Shown: positions 1-8,318 of the stretch, one piece after another
Layout: each line of letters begins with the position of its first letter
Numbering within the stretch: the first letter of the stretch is position 1
From: Candidatus Saganbacteria bacterium
GTDB lineage: Bacteria; Margulisbacteria; WOR-1; JAKLHX01
NCBI GenBank assembly: GCA_026387835.1
Contig: JAPLKZ010000005.1
Location: 210,001 to 242,000, forward strand
Reading direction: 5' to 3'
Length of the DNA stretch: 32,000 bases
Made by a program: the position numbers and the translations under genes
The notes under the pieces: model-generated
What the model saw: the letters and a program-made list of their open reading frames with translations, nothing else
What the model was told of the DNA's origin: nothing
Databases searched by the model: none

Positions 1-712
1 GGTGCACGAGGACGGCGACGGTCGTAGAATCGACGCCGCCTGAAAGCGCGCAGAGAATTTTGTCTTTTCCAACCATAGTTTTTATTTTTTCGGTCTGGCG
101 TTCGATAAAAGATTTGGTGGTCCATGTGGCCTGGCTGTTGCAGATGATAAAGACAAAATTCTTTATTATATCGTCCCCGTATTCGGTATGGACCACTTCG
201 GGATGGAACTGGACGGCATATAGTTTCTTTTCTATATTTCCTATCGCCGCGGCAGGCGTGTTCTGTGAATGCGCCATTATCTTGAACCCGGGAGGAGCTT
301 TTTCAACGCTGTCGCCGTGGCTCATCCAGCAGTTTATCTGTAGAGGGATCCCCGCGAAAAGGTTCGTGTGGTCGTCGATGTTGAGCGGTGTTTTGCCGTA
401 TTCCCTCACCGCGGACTCTTTTACGCTCCCTCCGAGTTCTTTTGCCATAAGCTGCATGCCGTAGCATATCCCGAGTATCGGGATCCCGCTTGTCAGTATC
501 CCGGGATCAAGTTTCGGGGCGTCTTTTTCATAAACGCTGCTGGGCCCGCCGGAAAGTATTATCCCTTTGACTTCTTTTTTCTTTAATTCCCCGAGAGTCG
601 TGGAGTAGGGGAGGACCTCGGAATAGACATTGCATTCCCTGACGCGCCGTGCGATGAGCATGCTGTACTGGGCGCCGAAATCAAGGACGACGATGAGGTC
701 ATGCTTTTTCAT
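1..712 (-). CDS. guaA: GMP synthase (glutamine-hydrolysing), N-terminal part; the gene continues beyond the window start
   Basis: My own minus-strand translation from the ATG at 712-710 gives MKKHDLIVVLDFGAQYSMLIARRVRECNVYSEVLPY...GICYGMQLMA...VQFHPEV...ILCALSGGVDSTTVAVLVH. This is a class-I glutamine amidotransferase followed by the SGGVDS ATP-pyrophosphatase P-loop. It is absent from the ORF track because it runs off the edge. Confidence 0.93.
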   Translation of the reverse strand, partial: MKKHDLIVVLDFGAQYSMLIARRVRECNVYSEVLPYSTTLGELKKKEVKGIILSGGPSSVYEKDAPKLDPGILTSGIPILGICYGMQLMAKELGGSVKESAVREYGKTPLNIDDHTNLFAGIPLQINCWMSHGDSVEKAPPGFKIMAHSQNTPAAAIGNIEKKLYAVQFHPEVVHTEYGDDIIKNFVFIICNSQATWTTKSFIERQTEKIKTMVGKDKILCALSGGVDSTTVAVLVH

Positions 713-718
713 ATATTG

Positions 719-747
719 ATTTTACATTACAGAATGAAAACTATCAA
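719..747 (-). promoter_or_regulatory. Putative sigma70-type promoter of guaA with leaderless geometry
   Basis: On the minus strand: TTGATA (747-742), 17-nt spacer, TAAAAT (724-719), then only 6 nt (718-713) before the ATG at 712. There is no Shine-Dalgarno sequence. Confidence 0.4.
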
Positions 748-904
748 CCGACTCAAAATGAATGTTATGCTCCGCGCATATAAAAATACTATAAAATTGT
801 GTGAAATTTCGCAAAAAAAATGACGATAGATAATTAAGAAGATTTAAGGCTAAATCTCTTGAGCTTGTAAAGCAAGAGAATTATTTGAATACAAGGAGGC
901 TGAA

Positions 905-1504
905 ATGGCGAAATTAATTTCACCGGCAGAATTATCAACGAGATTTCGTCCGCAGATGGTGCAGGCTTTTGGTGTGAGACTGCCTATCCCAAGAGCGATA
1001 TCTAGCAGAGCTCCGCAATGGATACAAAGTGAAATATCCGCCACTGGATGTTTACGTCCGCAACATGACCGTCTTGCAGGGGATGTATCTCCGGAAAAAA
1101 TAAGTAAATTTTATGCAATCCCTCAAGCTTTAACAGGACTACGCTTTGATTTAAAGATTTCAACTGACACACAGGGCCGTATTCTCCCGTCATTGTTTCG
1201 GCCGAATAATTTTGCCGTGCTTCCGGGAAGTGCAGTTGAGTTTTCAGACATTCTTTACGGAAGAACTGCGGCTGCCTTTTTTGACCATCCGCAAGATGGT
1301 CTCCAGGTTCGTAGAGAGCCATTATATGAACATCTCTATCGTCTTGATACACTTGATCCTCCGGACGGCCACGGGATCCTAGTTGCAGTATTTCAGTTTG
1401 GAGTAATTAGTAACACAAAGGACGGATCAGATTCATCAAATTATGATGCGGGCGAGGGCTGGTGGCCCCTAGTACTTTCATTAAAAACTCCTGTTGATGA
1501 ATAG
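905..1504 (+). CDS. Hypothetical protein, 199 aa, no recognisable domain
   Basis: Long ORF in an A/T-rich stretch. Canonical AAGGAGG (893-899) lies 5 nt upstream of the ATG. Codon use is atypical: 6 of 14 Arg codons are CGT and none AGG, with many TTA Leu and CAA Gln. The overlapping minus-strand ORFs look spurious. Confidence 0.7.
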   Translation: MAKLISPAELSTRFRPQMVQAFGVRLPIPRAISSRAPQWIQSEISATGCLRPQHDRLAGDVSPEKISKFYAIPQALTGLRFDLKISTDTQGRILPSLFRPNNFAVLPGSAVEFSDILYGRTAAAFFDHPQDGLQVRREPLYEHLYRLDTLDPPDGHGILVAVFQFGVISNTKDGSDSSNYDAGEGWWPLVLSLKTPVDE

Positions 1505-1525
1505 AGGCTAAAACCGAGGACGGCT

Positions 1526-2686
1526 CTACTTATACATCCCGAGCTGCTGTGCTTTCTGGAAGACTTTTCCTTCTGTTAAATTTGACGGTGCGATGACGAT
1601 ATCTACGGACTGCATCTCTTTGATGTTCGAGGCGCCGAGAGTGCCCATCGAAGTCTTTAAGGCTCCCACAAAGTTCTCTGAGCCGTCATCGAATTTCGCG
1701 GGGCCGAGAAGTATTTCTTTTAATGAACCGATAGTCCCGACTTTTATCCTTGTCCCGCGCGGAAGCACCGAATTCGGAGTGGCCATGCCCCAGTGAAAAC
1801 CTTTTCCGGGAGCTTCTTTGGATTTTGCAAGGGGCGATCCGATCATCACAGCGTCAGCTCCGCACGCGATAGATTTGCAGATGTCCCCGCCGACCACCAT
1901 TCCGCCGTCAGCGATAATAGAAACGTATTTTTTTGTCTTCTTGTAAAAATCATCCCTTGCGCAGGCGCAGTCAACGATTGCGGTAGCCATAGGTATTCCG
2001 ATCCCCAGGACTCCGCGTGAAGTGCAGGCAGCACCGGGGCCTATTCCGACCAGTACGGCAGAAACTCCGGTCTCCATAAGTTTAAGCGCGACTTCGTATG
2101 TCACGCAGTTCCCGACTATAACAGGGATCCTGACCGACTTGCAAAGTTCCGACAGGTCAAGCGGCTTAAAGAGCTTTGTTTTATGAAGAGTGGAAACGAC
2201 AGTCGCCTGAACCACTAAAATATCGGCTCCCGCTTTTTCCGCAATATGCCCGTATTCCATGGCTTTCTGCGGCGTGACAGAGACGGCCGCGACCGCTTTT
2301 CTATCTTTTATCTGTTTTATTCTTTTTGTTATCAGTTCCGGTTTTACTTCTTCAAGGTAGATCTTCTGCATCAAAGGGACATATTCTTCGCGCGGGGCAA
2401 GGGCAATGCGGTCAAGGACATTGTCCGCGTCTTCATATCTTGTCTGTATGCCCTGGATGTTAAGGACTCCCATGCCGCCGCAACTGCTCATCAAGGCGGC
2501 CGTGTTCGGGTCGATGACGGAATCCATGGCGGATGCGATTATAGGCAGCTCAAGTTTCACTCCGGCGATCGTCACGGAAATATCCACTTCATCGGTCTCA
2601 ACGGTAGAAAGCGACGGTACCAGCGCTATCTCGTCAAACCCGTAAACCCTCCTTGTTTTTCTTCCTTTTCCCAGCTCTAGTTCCAT
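1526..2686 (-). CDS. guaB3: IMP dehydrogenase-related protein lacking the CBS subdomain (GuaB3 type)
   Basis: 386 aa. IMPDH TIM-barrel motifs present: PIIASAMDSV, GIGPGAACTSR (catalytic Cys loop), IADGGMVVGGDICKSIACGADAVMIGS. It is about 100 aa shorter than canonical GuaB because the CBS pair is absent. Confidence 0.88.
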   Translation of the reverse strand: MELELGKGRKTRRVYGFDEIALVPSLSTVETDEVDISVTIAGVKLELPIIASAMDSVIDPNTAALMSSCGGMGVLNIQGIQTRYEDADNVLDRIALAPREEYVPLMQKIYLEEVKPELITKRIKQIKDRKAVAAVSVTPQKAMEYGHIAEKAGADILVVQATVVSTLHKTKLFKPLDLSELCKSVRIPVIVGNCVTYEVALKLMETGVSAVLVGIGPGAACTSRGVLGIGIPMATAIVDCACARDDFYKKTKKYVSIIADGGMVVGGDICKSIACGADAVMIGSPLAKSKEAPGKGFHWGMATPNSVLPRGTRIKVGTIGSLKEILLGPAKFDDGSENFVGALKTSMGTLGASNIKEMQSVDIVIAPSNLTEGKVFQKAQQLGMYK

Positions 2687-2730
2687 TGTTTGTCCTTTCT
2701 ATCAGATCACTCCGCATTGGTCCGGATCGT

Positions 2731-3003
2731 TCAGCCGTTCATCATATCTTTCGGCGGTTTTCCGGACAGCTCTTTTTCCACATACATGGCTATCATCTTT
2801 TCGAGCTCATCGACGACGGGTTTTGGTATCCATACTTCACCGCACTCCTCGCAGATGAAAGCCGGCACGTCCTCGATCACGTAAAGTTTTTCATTCTCGT
2901 AATGGTCAAGGCTGACCTTGTCAAAGTAAAGCTTCCCCCCGCAGGCGCTGCATTGACCGGGATTTAGATCGCTAAAGGAATCGTCAGTGTTGTCGAGTTT
3001 CAT
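2731..3003 (-). CDS. YgiT-type (MqsA N-terminal-like) zinc-ribbon protein, 90 aa
   Basis: Two CxxC pairs (CSACGG ... CEECGE) with the VPAFICEECGE context typical of the YgiT zinc-finger domain. No HTH domain. Sits 44 bp upstream of guaB3 on the same strand. Confidence 0.75.
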   Translation of the reverse strand: MKLDNTDDSFSDLNPGQCSACGGKLYFDKVSLDHYENEKLYVIEDVPAFICEECGEVWIPKPVVDELEKMIAMYVEKELSGKPPKDMMNG

Positions 3004-3018
3004 TTATCTTTGAAAATT

Positions 3019-3070
3019 ATTATACATTAACAAAAGGCTCTTGACAAGAACACCGCATTAAAGATAAAAT
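3019..3070. promoter_or_regulatory. Back-to-back divergent promoters with overlapping -35 hexamers
   Basis: Plus strand: TTGACA 3041-3046, 18-nt spacer, TAAAAT 3065-3070, leading to the vWA gene (SD GGAAGGGGG before the ATG at 3120). Minus strand: TTGTCA (3047-3042), 17-nt spacer, TATAAT (3024-3019), then 15 nt to the ATG at 3003. Confidence 0.4.
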
Positions 3071-3119
3071 TGTCTTCAGTCTGAAATAGAAAATCTAATC
3101 TGGAAGGGGGTGACTATTA

Positions 3120-4280
3120 ATGAAAAAGAATTTTCTTTTCTTATTGACAGGTATTGTTTTGTTGTCAGCGACAGTGATCACAGGTTGTAATAACACGATC
3201 AATATTAATCTTGCGCCGGGCATGGTCACGTCACCTGAAGCTGTAGTATCAGGAGCGGCTACTGTTTCCGGAGGCACGGTAACCCTTAACCTGGGCTCCA
3301 TCATCGTGAGCGGTGAAGCGCTTTCCGGGTTAACGGCGGCGAACTTCAAGATCTATGTCGGGACAGGGACCGATGTAACTAAATATACAGAGGTCACCCC
3401 GACAGTGACTTCGACAACCACCAGCAAGATTGACATGGTATTTATCCTGGACAGGACAGGCAGCATGGGCAGGACAATTACCGGATGCAAAAACAGCATT
3501 GTGGCTTTTGCGTCGACTCTTGATGCCGCGGGTGCAGATGTGAAGTTCGGTGTTGTAGCTTTTGGTGATACTCCGTCTGAACAGATGAATATAGCTTTGC
3601 CGGCGTCATCAACCCAGGTCCAGACTTTCCTGGCGACTGTCACAGCGAGCGGCGGAGGCGACGGACCGGAAAACCCGCTTGATTCCATCATGTATGCGTA
3701 TAACAACTATACATGGAGGGCAGGCGCGCAAAAAGTGTTCATCGTATTGACGGACGCGTGCGCGCATCAAAAGGGTGATGGTCCGGACTATACAACAAGG
3801 ACGCTTGCGGGCGTGCAGACATCGCTTTCGGGAAATGCCGTTGTATACACGGTCAGTCCGACAGAGGACAGCAATGCTTATCCTTCGCCTGGATATGATA
3901 CCGGAACTGCGGATATAAGATGGTTGGCTGACGGATGCGGCTGGACCCCGACTATAACGACCGCGACATATGGAACTGTAAAAGGCAGAGATGCCGCAGG
4001 GACTACTTATGTTGGGACCGGCGGAAAGTGGATGGGACTGCCATCAAGCGGCAATGTAGACCTTACAGCGCTTGGCATATCAACGTCTGTCACAAAAGGA
4101 TACACGGTCACATTCAGCTATACTGTAGGCACGACCTTGTACATACATGTCTTGATCGATAAAAATAAAGACGGGATATGGGATATTGACGGATTGCTTA
4201 CCTTGACGGTTAGCACGTCCGGCAAGCCTGAAGGCGCAGTAGTTGATCCTTCAAAGAGATGGAGACCCGGACATAACTAA
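3120..4280 (+). CDS. von Willebrand factor type A (vWA) domain lipoprotein
   Basis: Signal peptide with lipobox VITGC. MIDAS-like DMVFILDRTGSMG, plus VAFGD and FIVLTDACAH strands typical of vWA domains. C-terminal beta-rich region. Confidence 0.85.
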   Translation: MKKNFLFLLTGIVLLSATVITGCNNTININLAPGMVTSPEAVVSGAATVSGGTVTLNLGSIIVSGEALSGLTAANFKIYVGTGTDVTKYTEVTPTVTSTTTSKIDMVFILDRTGSMGRTITGCKNSIVAFASTLDAAGADVKFGVVAFGDTPSEQMNIALPASSTQVQTFLATVTASGGGDGPENPLDSIMYAYNNYTWRAGAQKVFIVLTDACAHQKGDGPDYTTRTLAGVQTSLSGNAVVYTVSPTEDSNAYPSPGYDTGTADIRWLADGCGWTPTITTATYGTVKGRDAAGTTYVGTGGKWMGLPSSGNVDLTALGISTSVTKGYTVTFSYTVGTTLYIHVLIDKNKDGIWDIDGLLTLTVSTSGKPEGAVVDPSKRWRPGHN

Positions 4281-4298
4281 ATGTTCTCCCGTCTTATT

Positions 4299-4331
4299 AA
4301 AGAGGCCCTGAGAAATTGGGGCCTCTTTTTC
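4299..4331 (+). terminator. Rho-independent terminator 1 after the vWA gene
   Basis: AGAGGCCC (4301-4308) pairs with GGGCCTCT (4319-4326) across a 10-nt loop. The stem is flanked by AA and a T-run (4327-4330). Confidence 0.75.
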
Positions 4332-4332
4332 T

Positions 4333-4366
4333 GAGCCCGAACCCAAGCGGTTCGGCTCTTTTTTTT
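4333..4366 (+). terminator. Rho-independent terminator 2 (tandem)
   Basis: GAGCCCGAAC (4333-4342) pairs with GTTCGGCTC (4350-4358) with one bulged C. Followed by T8 (4359-4366). Confidence 0.85.
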
Positions 4367-4367
4367 C

Positions 4368-4396
4368 TTGACAACACCCGTTATCAATAATAAACT
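4368..4396 (+). promoter_or_regulatory. Putative promoter of the large lipoprotein gene, leaderless geometry
   Basis: TTGACA 4368-4373, 17-nt spacer, TAAACT 4391-4396. ATG codons lie at 4399 and 4405, with no SD. The expected TSS (~7 nt after the -10) coincides with the ATG at 4405 (MKKILSLLF...). Confidence 0.45.
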
Positions 4397-4398
4397 TA

Positions 4399-6318
4399 AT
4401 GGTGATGAAAAAGATCCTGTCTCTTCTTTTTATAGGTTCATTATTATTGTCCGGTTGCGGTGAGACCGTCATATCCAACGCTACGGTCACGGGTTTTGTG
4501 ACTGACACTTCTGCTGCAGCGATCCCGGGAGCGACGGTGACTATAGCAGGGGTCTCGGGGACCACCGGATCAAGCGGCAGCTATAATTTAACCGGAGTAA
4601 AGACCGGACTGCAGACAATATCTGCATCCGCGGCGGGATATATCTCCCAGACGAAGCAGATAAATGTCGGCGCTCTTGAGACGAACTACGCGCCGGCCAT
4701 GGTCCTTTCCAAAAAAGACGGCAAATCCACGGATGTTGGAAGCGGCGGCGGTGATGTTACTAATGCGGACGGTACCGTTAAAATAACCATACCCGAGAAC
4801 GCGCTGAAATCCACGCAGATTATAACGGTCACAAAATGCGACCTGTCGGCTGCGCCGGCGCCACCGAGCGGATATAAATTCATCTATCTTGTCTATATAA
4901 CGCCCGTGGACATCTCTTTAGAAAAAAAAGTGACGCTCAGGATACCCCTGTTGACCGAAGTGGCGTCGGATGTGACGGTCCCGTTCTTCAGGTTCGACAC
5001 TTCAACTTTGAGCTGGGTCGCGATCGACAGCGGGTCAATTGATGCTGTAAGCAGTACGATATCAGTAGGTTTGAGCAATTTTGGCTGGATCGCTGCGGCG
5101 AGGAGCCTTGGTACGGGTTATGGAACCGTGAACGGAAGAGTTGTTTCATCATCAGGCCCGGTGATCGTTGGAGCGAACGTCTGGTATTCTTCAAATATCA
5201 CCGTCAGTGATCCGAGCGGAAATTACACTCTCTCAAATATGCCCGAAGGCACCCTGACGATAAATGCTTACGCTGCGGGTTACAACGCAAATACCGCATC
5301 AGTGACGGTAAAAGCCGGCAGCCTCGTTTACGCGCCGGACATAGTGCTTTCTCCGACCGCGCCGCTTTACGGTACGATAACAGGACAGGTGATCAGCTCT
5401 TCGACTTCAGCGGGGATATCAGGCGCAAGGATAACGGTCTCGGGAAAGACCGCGTACACGGATTCTTCAGGTCTTTTTACAGTGACTGACATATCTCCGG
5501 GTTCGGTCAGTGTGACGGTCTACGCAAATGGGTATCTAAAAAAGACGTCTTCCGCAACGGTCACTGCCGGTGCGGGCACCACGCTCAATTTTTCTATCGA
5601 CGTGACGACAGTATCGACGTTCTTTGATGATTTTGAGACGGACAAAGAATGGGTTAAGTCTATCTCTTATGTATATTCGCCAAAATGTTTGTGGAACAGG
5701 ACCGCTAATTCTGCCGCGGTCAAGGACATATATGCTCCTGTTTATGTCACTCTTCCCGATTATGAAAAGAACGGCGGGGCGATACCTCTTGCTTACAGCG
5801 GGAGTTATTCGTACTGGTTCGGCGAGGCTGACAAGGGCTCCTTTATGGGAGAACAGCTGACGGTCCCGCCCGATACGGCGTTGTCAGGAGGAACTTCCGC
5901 CGCAAGGTATCAGGGAGACCTTACATCACCAACTATAAGCCTTGCGGGATACGAGTCGGGTAAGCTTTCTTTCTGGACCTGGTGGGAAGTGGAATCGATG
6001 CACTGCGCTTCCGGATTTGACGTGATGAAGATAATGATATCGACGGACGGCGGCGCCAACTGGAGCGATCTCGCGACGCTAAATCCGGTGATCGATCAGG
6101 CCGGCAAACAGGAATATCTTCCGTATTCATCGGGCGGATTCAATAAGGAAGGTGTCTGGGTAAAGCATGAATTAGACCTGACCCCTTATGTCGGCAATGA
6201 CGTTCAGATACGTTTTTCGTTCGACGCGAAAGACAATAAATATAACGGTTTCAGGGGCTGGTTCATCGATGACGTGTCGGTGACTGCGGAGAGGATGTCG
6301 ACGGCAGTGAGGAAATAG
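4399..6318 (+). CDS. Large surface lipoprotein with three carboxypeptidase-regulatory-like (CarboxypepD_reg) domains and a C-terminal beta-sandwich-like domain
   Basis: Lipobox LLSGC. Three repeats of the pattern G.V.D..G.PI.GA.V...G....TD.SG.Y.L....G......A.GY (around residues 25-105, 236-320 and 325-400). The C-terminal ~230 aa end in GWFIDDVSV. The start may be the ATG at 4405. Confidence 0.85.
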   Translation: MVMKKILSLLFIGSLLLSGCGETVISNATVTGFVTDTSAAAIPGATVTIAGVSGTTGSSGSYNLTGVKTGLQTISASAAGYISQTKQINVGALETNYAPAMVLSKKDGKSTDVGSGGGDVTNADGTVKITIPENALKSTQIITVTKCDLSAAPAPPSGYKFIYLVYITPVDISLEKKVTLRIPLLTEVASDVTVPFFRFDTSTLSWVAIDSGSIDAVSSTISVGLSNFGWIAAARSLGTGYGTVNGRVVSSSGPVIVGANVWYSSNITVSDPSGNYTLSNMPEGTLTINAYAAGYNANTASVTVKAGSLVYAPDIVLSPTAPLYGTITGQVISSSTSAGISGARITVSGKTAYTDSSGLFTVTDISPGSVSVTVYANGYLKKTSSATVTAGAGTTLNFSIDVTTVSTFFDDFETDKEWVKSISYVYSPKCLWNRTANSAAVKDIYAPVYVTLPDYEKNGGAIPLAYSGSYSYWFGEADKGSFMGEQLTVPPDTALSGGTSAARYQGDLTSPTISLAGYESGKLSFWTWWEVESMHCASGFDVMKIMISTDGGANWSDLATLNPVIDQAGKQEYLPYSSGGFNKEGVWVKHELDLTPYVGNDVQIRFSFDAKDNKYNGFRGWFIDDVSVTAERMSTAVRK

Positions 6319-6336
6319 GGGCCGTATTTCCCTTTA

Positions 6337-6345
6337 TGTTATAAT
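6337..6345 (+). promoter_or_regulatory. Extended -10 promoter element upstream of glyA
   Basis: TGTTATAAT (TGn + TATAAT) at 6337-6345. SD AGGAGG at 6355-6360 and ATG at 6370. Confidence 0.45.
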
Positions 6346-6369
6346 CTTTCTATCAGGAGGAAATTTTCC

Positions 6370-7635
6370 ATGCATTTCGGCATTGATAATTTAAGGCTGA
6401 CCGATCCCGAGGTGGCTTCGGCTTTGGACGCGGAACTCGACAGACAGAGGAACAAGCTCGAGATGATCGCGTCGGAGAATTTTACCAGCAGGGCGGTGAT
6501 GGAGGCGACGGGCTCGTGCCTTACAAATAAATACGCGGAAGGCTATCCTGGCAAAAGATATTACGGCGGATGCGAGTGTGTCGATACTGCGGAAAACCTG
6601 GCGATAGACCGTGCGAAGAAGCTTTTTGGTTCCCAGCACGCGAACGTCCAGGCACATTCGGGTTCACAGGCGAACACCGCTGCCTATATGGCATTCTTAA
6701 AACCCGGGGATACAGTTTTAGGCCTTAACTTGTCTCACGGCGGCCACCTCACCCACGGCAGTCCGGTAAATATATCCGGAATACTTTTCAATTTCATTCC
6801 GTATGGCGTCAGGAAAGAAGATGAACTTATGGATTACGACCAGATATCGGAACTTGCGAAAGTACATAAGCCTAAGATGATCGTCGCGGGAGCGACCGCA
6901 TATCCGAGGACAATAGATTTTAAAAGACTGGGAGAAATAGCACGGGAAGCGGGCGCTTATCTTATGGTAGATATTGCTCATATCGCAGGACTTGTTATCG
7001 CAGGCCTGCATCCGTCTCCGGTCCCGCACAGCCATGTGGTAACATCGACCACGCACAAGACGCTGAGAGGCCCCCGCGGCGGCCTGATACTTTGCAGGGA
7101 AGAATATGCGAAGCAGGTAGACAAAGCGGTGTTCCCGGGGATACAGGGCGGGCCTTTGATGCACGTGATAGCGGCCAAGGCCGTTGCTTTCAAAGAAGCG
7201 ATGCTGCCGCAGTTCAAAACCTATCAGGAACAGATCATAAAGAACGCGAAAGCTCTGGAAAAAGCTATGATCAAGAACGGATTCAGGCTTGTTTCCGGCG
7301 GCACCGATACGCATCTGATACTTGTAGACCTTACAAACAAAGGGCTTACGGGAAAAGCCGCGGAAAAGATCCTGGACGATGTCGGGATAACGGTCAACAA
7401 GAACACGATCCCTTATGAAACACAATCCCCTTTCATAACGAGCGGGATCAGGGTGGGGGTCCCGGCGCTGACGACCAGGGGCCTCAAAGAACAGCAGATG
7501 GAAGAGATCGCTGTCCTGTTCTCAAGGATACTTTCTGACGCGGACAATGAAAATGTAAAAAAACAGGTAAAAGAAGAAGTGGCAGCCTTGTGCGAAAGGT
7601 TCCCCCTATATGAAAAAGGAGCTTTTGAAGCTTGA
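6370..7635 (+). CDS. glyA: Serine hydroxymethyltransferase
   Basis: 421 aa. Canonical SHMT motifs: ELIASENF-like [38 protein letters not shown] (PLP lysine). Confidence 0.97.
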   Translation: MHFGIDNLRLTDPEVASALDAELDRQRNKLEMIASENFTSRAVMEATGSCLTNKYAEGYPGKRYYGGCECVDTAENLAIDRAKKLFGSQHANVQAHSGSQANTAAYMAFLKPGDTVLGLNLSHGGHLTHGSPVNISGILFNFIPYGVRKEDELMDYDQISELAKVHKPKMIVAGATAYPRTIDFKRLGEIAREAGAYLMVDIAHIAGLVIAGLHPSPVPHSHVVTSTTHKTLRGPRGGLILCREEYAKQVDKAVFPGIQGGPLMHVIAAKAVAFKEAMLPQFKTYQEQIIKNAKALEKAMIKNGFRLVSGGTDTHLILVDLTNKGLTGKAAEKILDDVGITVNKNTIPYETQSPFITSGIRVGVPALTTRGLKEQQMEEIAVLFSRILSDADNENVKKQVKEEVAALCERFPLYEKGAFEA

Positions 7636-8318
7636 TAGTCCTCAGCGGCGTCTCAAAGATATACCCTAACGGGGTCGAAGCGCTCTCCGGCGTGGACCTC
7701 AGCATAGGGAAAGAAGAATTTGTTTTTATAGTGGGCCCCACAGGTTCGGGCAAATCCACACTTTTAAAAATGCTCTACAGGGAGGAACTTCCCAACAGCG
7801 GCCAGGTGATCGTGGACAGGCTCAACATCGCTGATATCAAAAAGAACCAGATCCCGTTCCTGCGGCGTAACATCGGCGTAGTTTTTCAGGATTACAAACT
7901 TCTTCCTTTAAGGACGGTATATGAGAACGTGGCGTTCGCCCTTCAGGTGCTGGGAGCTTCGCGCACTTATATCAGAAGGCAGGTGACGCAGGCGCTTGAT
8001 CTGGTCGGCCTGCTGAAAAAAGCAAGAAGTTTTCCGGGCGAGCTGTCGGGCGGAGAGCAGCAGAGGGTCTGCATCGCGCGGGCGATAGTCAACAATCCTC
8101 CGCTGCTGTTGGCAGATGAGCCGACAGGGAACCTTGACCCTGCCACGTCCTGGGAGATCATCCATCTCCTTGAAAAGATAAACAAGCGCAGCACCACGGT
8201 AATAGTCGCGACGCATAACAAATCCATCGTGGACGGCATGAGAAAAAGAGTGGTCGCGCTCGAGAGCGGCCGCATCATAAGGGACCAGCAGCTGGGGGGC
8301 TACAGCAATGTCCTTTGA
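7632..8318 (+). CDS. ftsE: Cell division ATP-binding protein FtsE
   Basis: TTG start overlapping the glyA stop (TTGA). Walker [13 protein letters not shown] signature LSGGEQQR, Walker [13 protein letters not shown]. Followed by ftsX. Confidence 0.92.
   Translation: MIVLSGVSKIYPNGVEALSGVDLSIGKEEFVFIVGPTGSGKSTLLKMLYREELPNSGQVIVDRLNIADIKKNQIPFLRRNIGVVFQDYKLLPLRTVYENVAFALQVLGASRTYIRRQVTQALDLVGLLKKARSFPGELSGGEQQRVCIARAIVNNPPLLLADEPTGNLDPATSWEIIHLLEKINKRSTTVIVATHNKSIVDGMRKRVVALESGRIIRDQQLGGYSNVL

Noticed and set aside
734-823. 29-codon plus-strand ORF (MKTINRLKMNVMLRAYKNTIKLCEISQKK) in the guaA upstream region
   Set aside because: It has no SD and overlaps the predicted guaA promoter. It is A/T-rich sequence where short ORFs arise by chance.
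850-1352. Minus-strand ORFs 850-1044 (64 aa) and 1002-1352 (116 aa) overlapping the orphan gene
   Set aside because: They have no SD and their sequence is not protein-like. The plus-strand 199-codon ORF is longer and has a canonical AAGGAGG SD.
6718-7425. 235-aa minus-strand ORF, and other long antisense ORFs such as 7908-8471, 8526-9122, 14447-15070, 17292-17750, 23857-24363, 25999-26463, 30577-31272 and 30734-31366
   Set aside because: Each lies fully opposite a strongly conserved, motif-verified gene (glyA, ftsE/X, aroQ/M24 peptidase, trpE, FAD oxidoreductase, wecA, atpA). Their translations are low-complexity and Arg/Ser/Pro-rich with no motifs. These are classic shadow ORFs.
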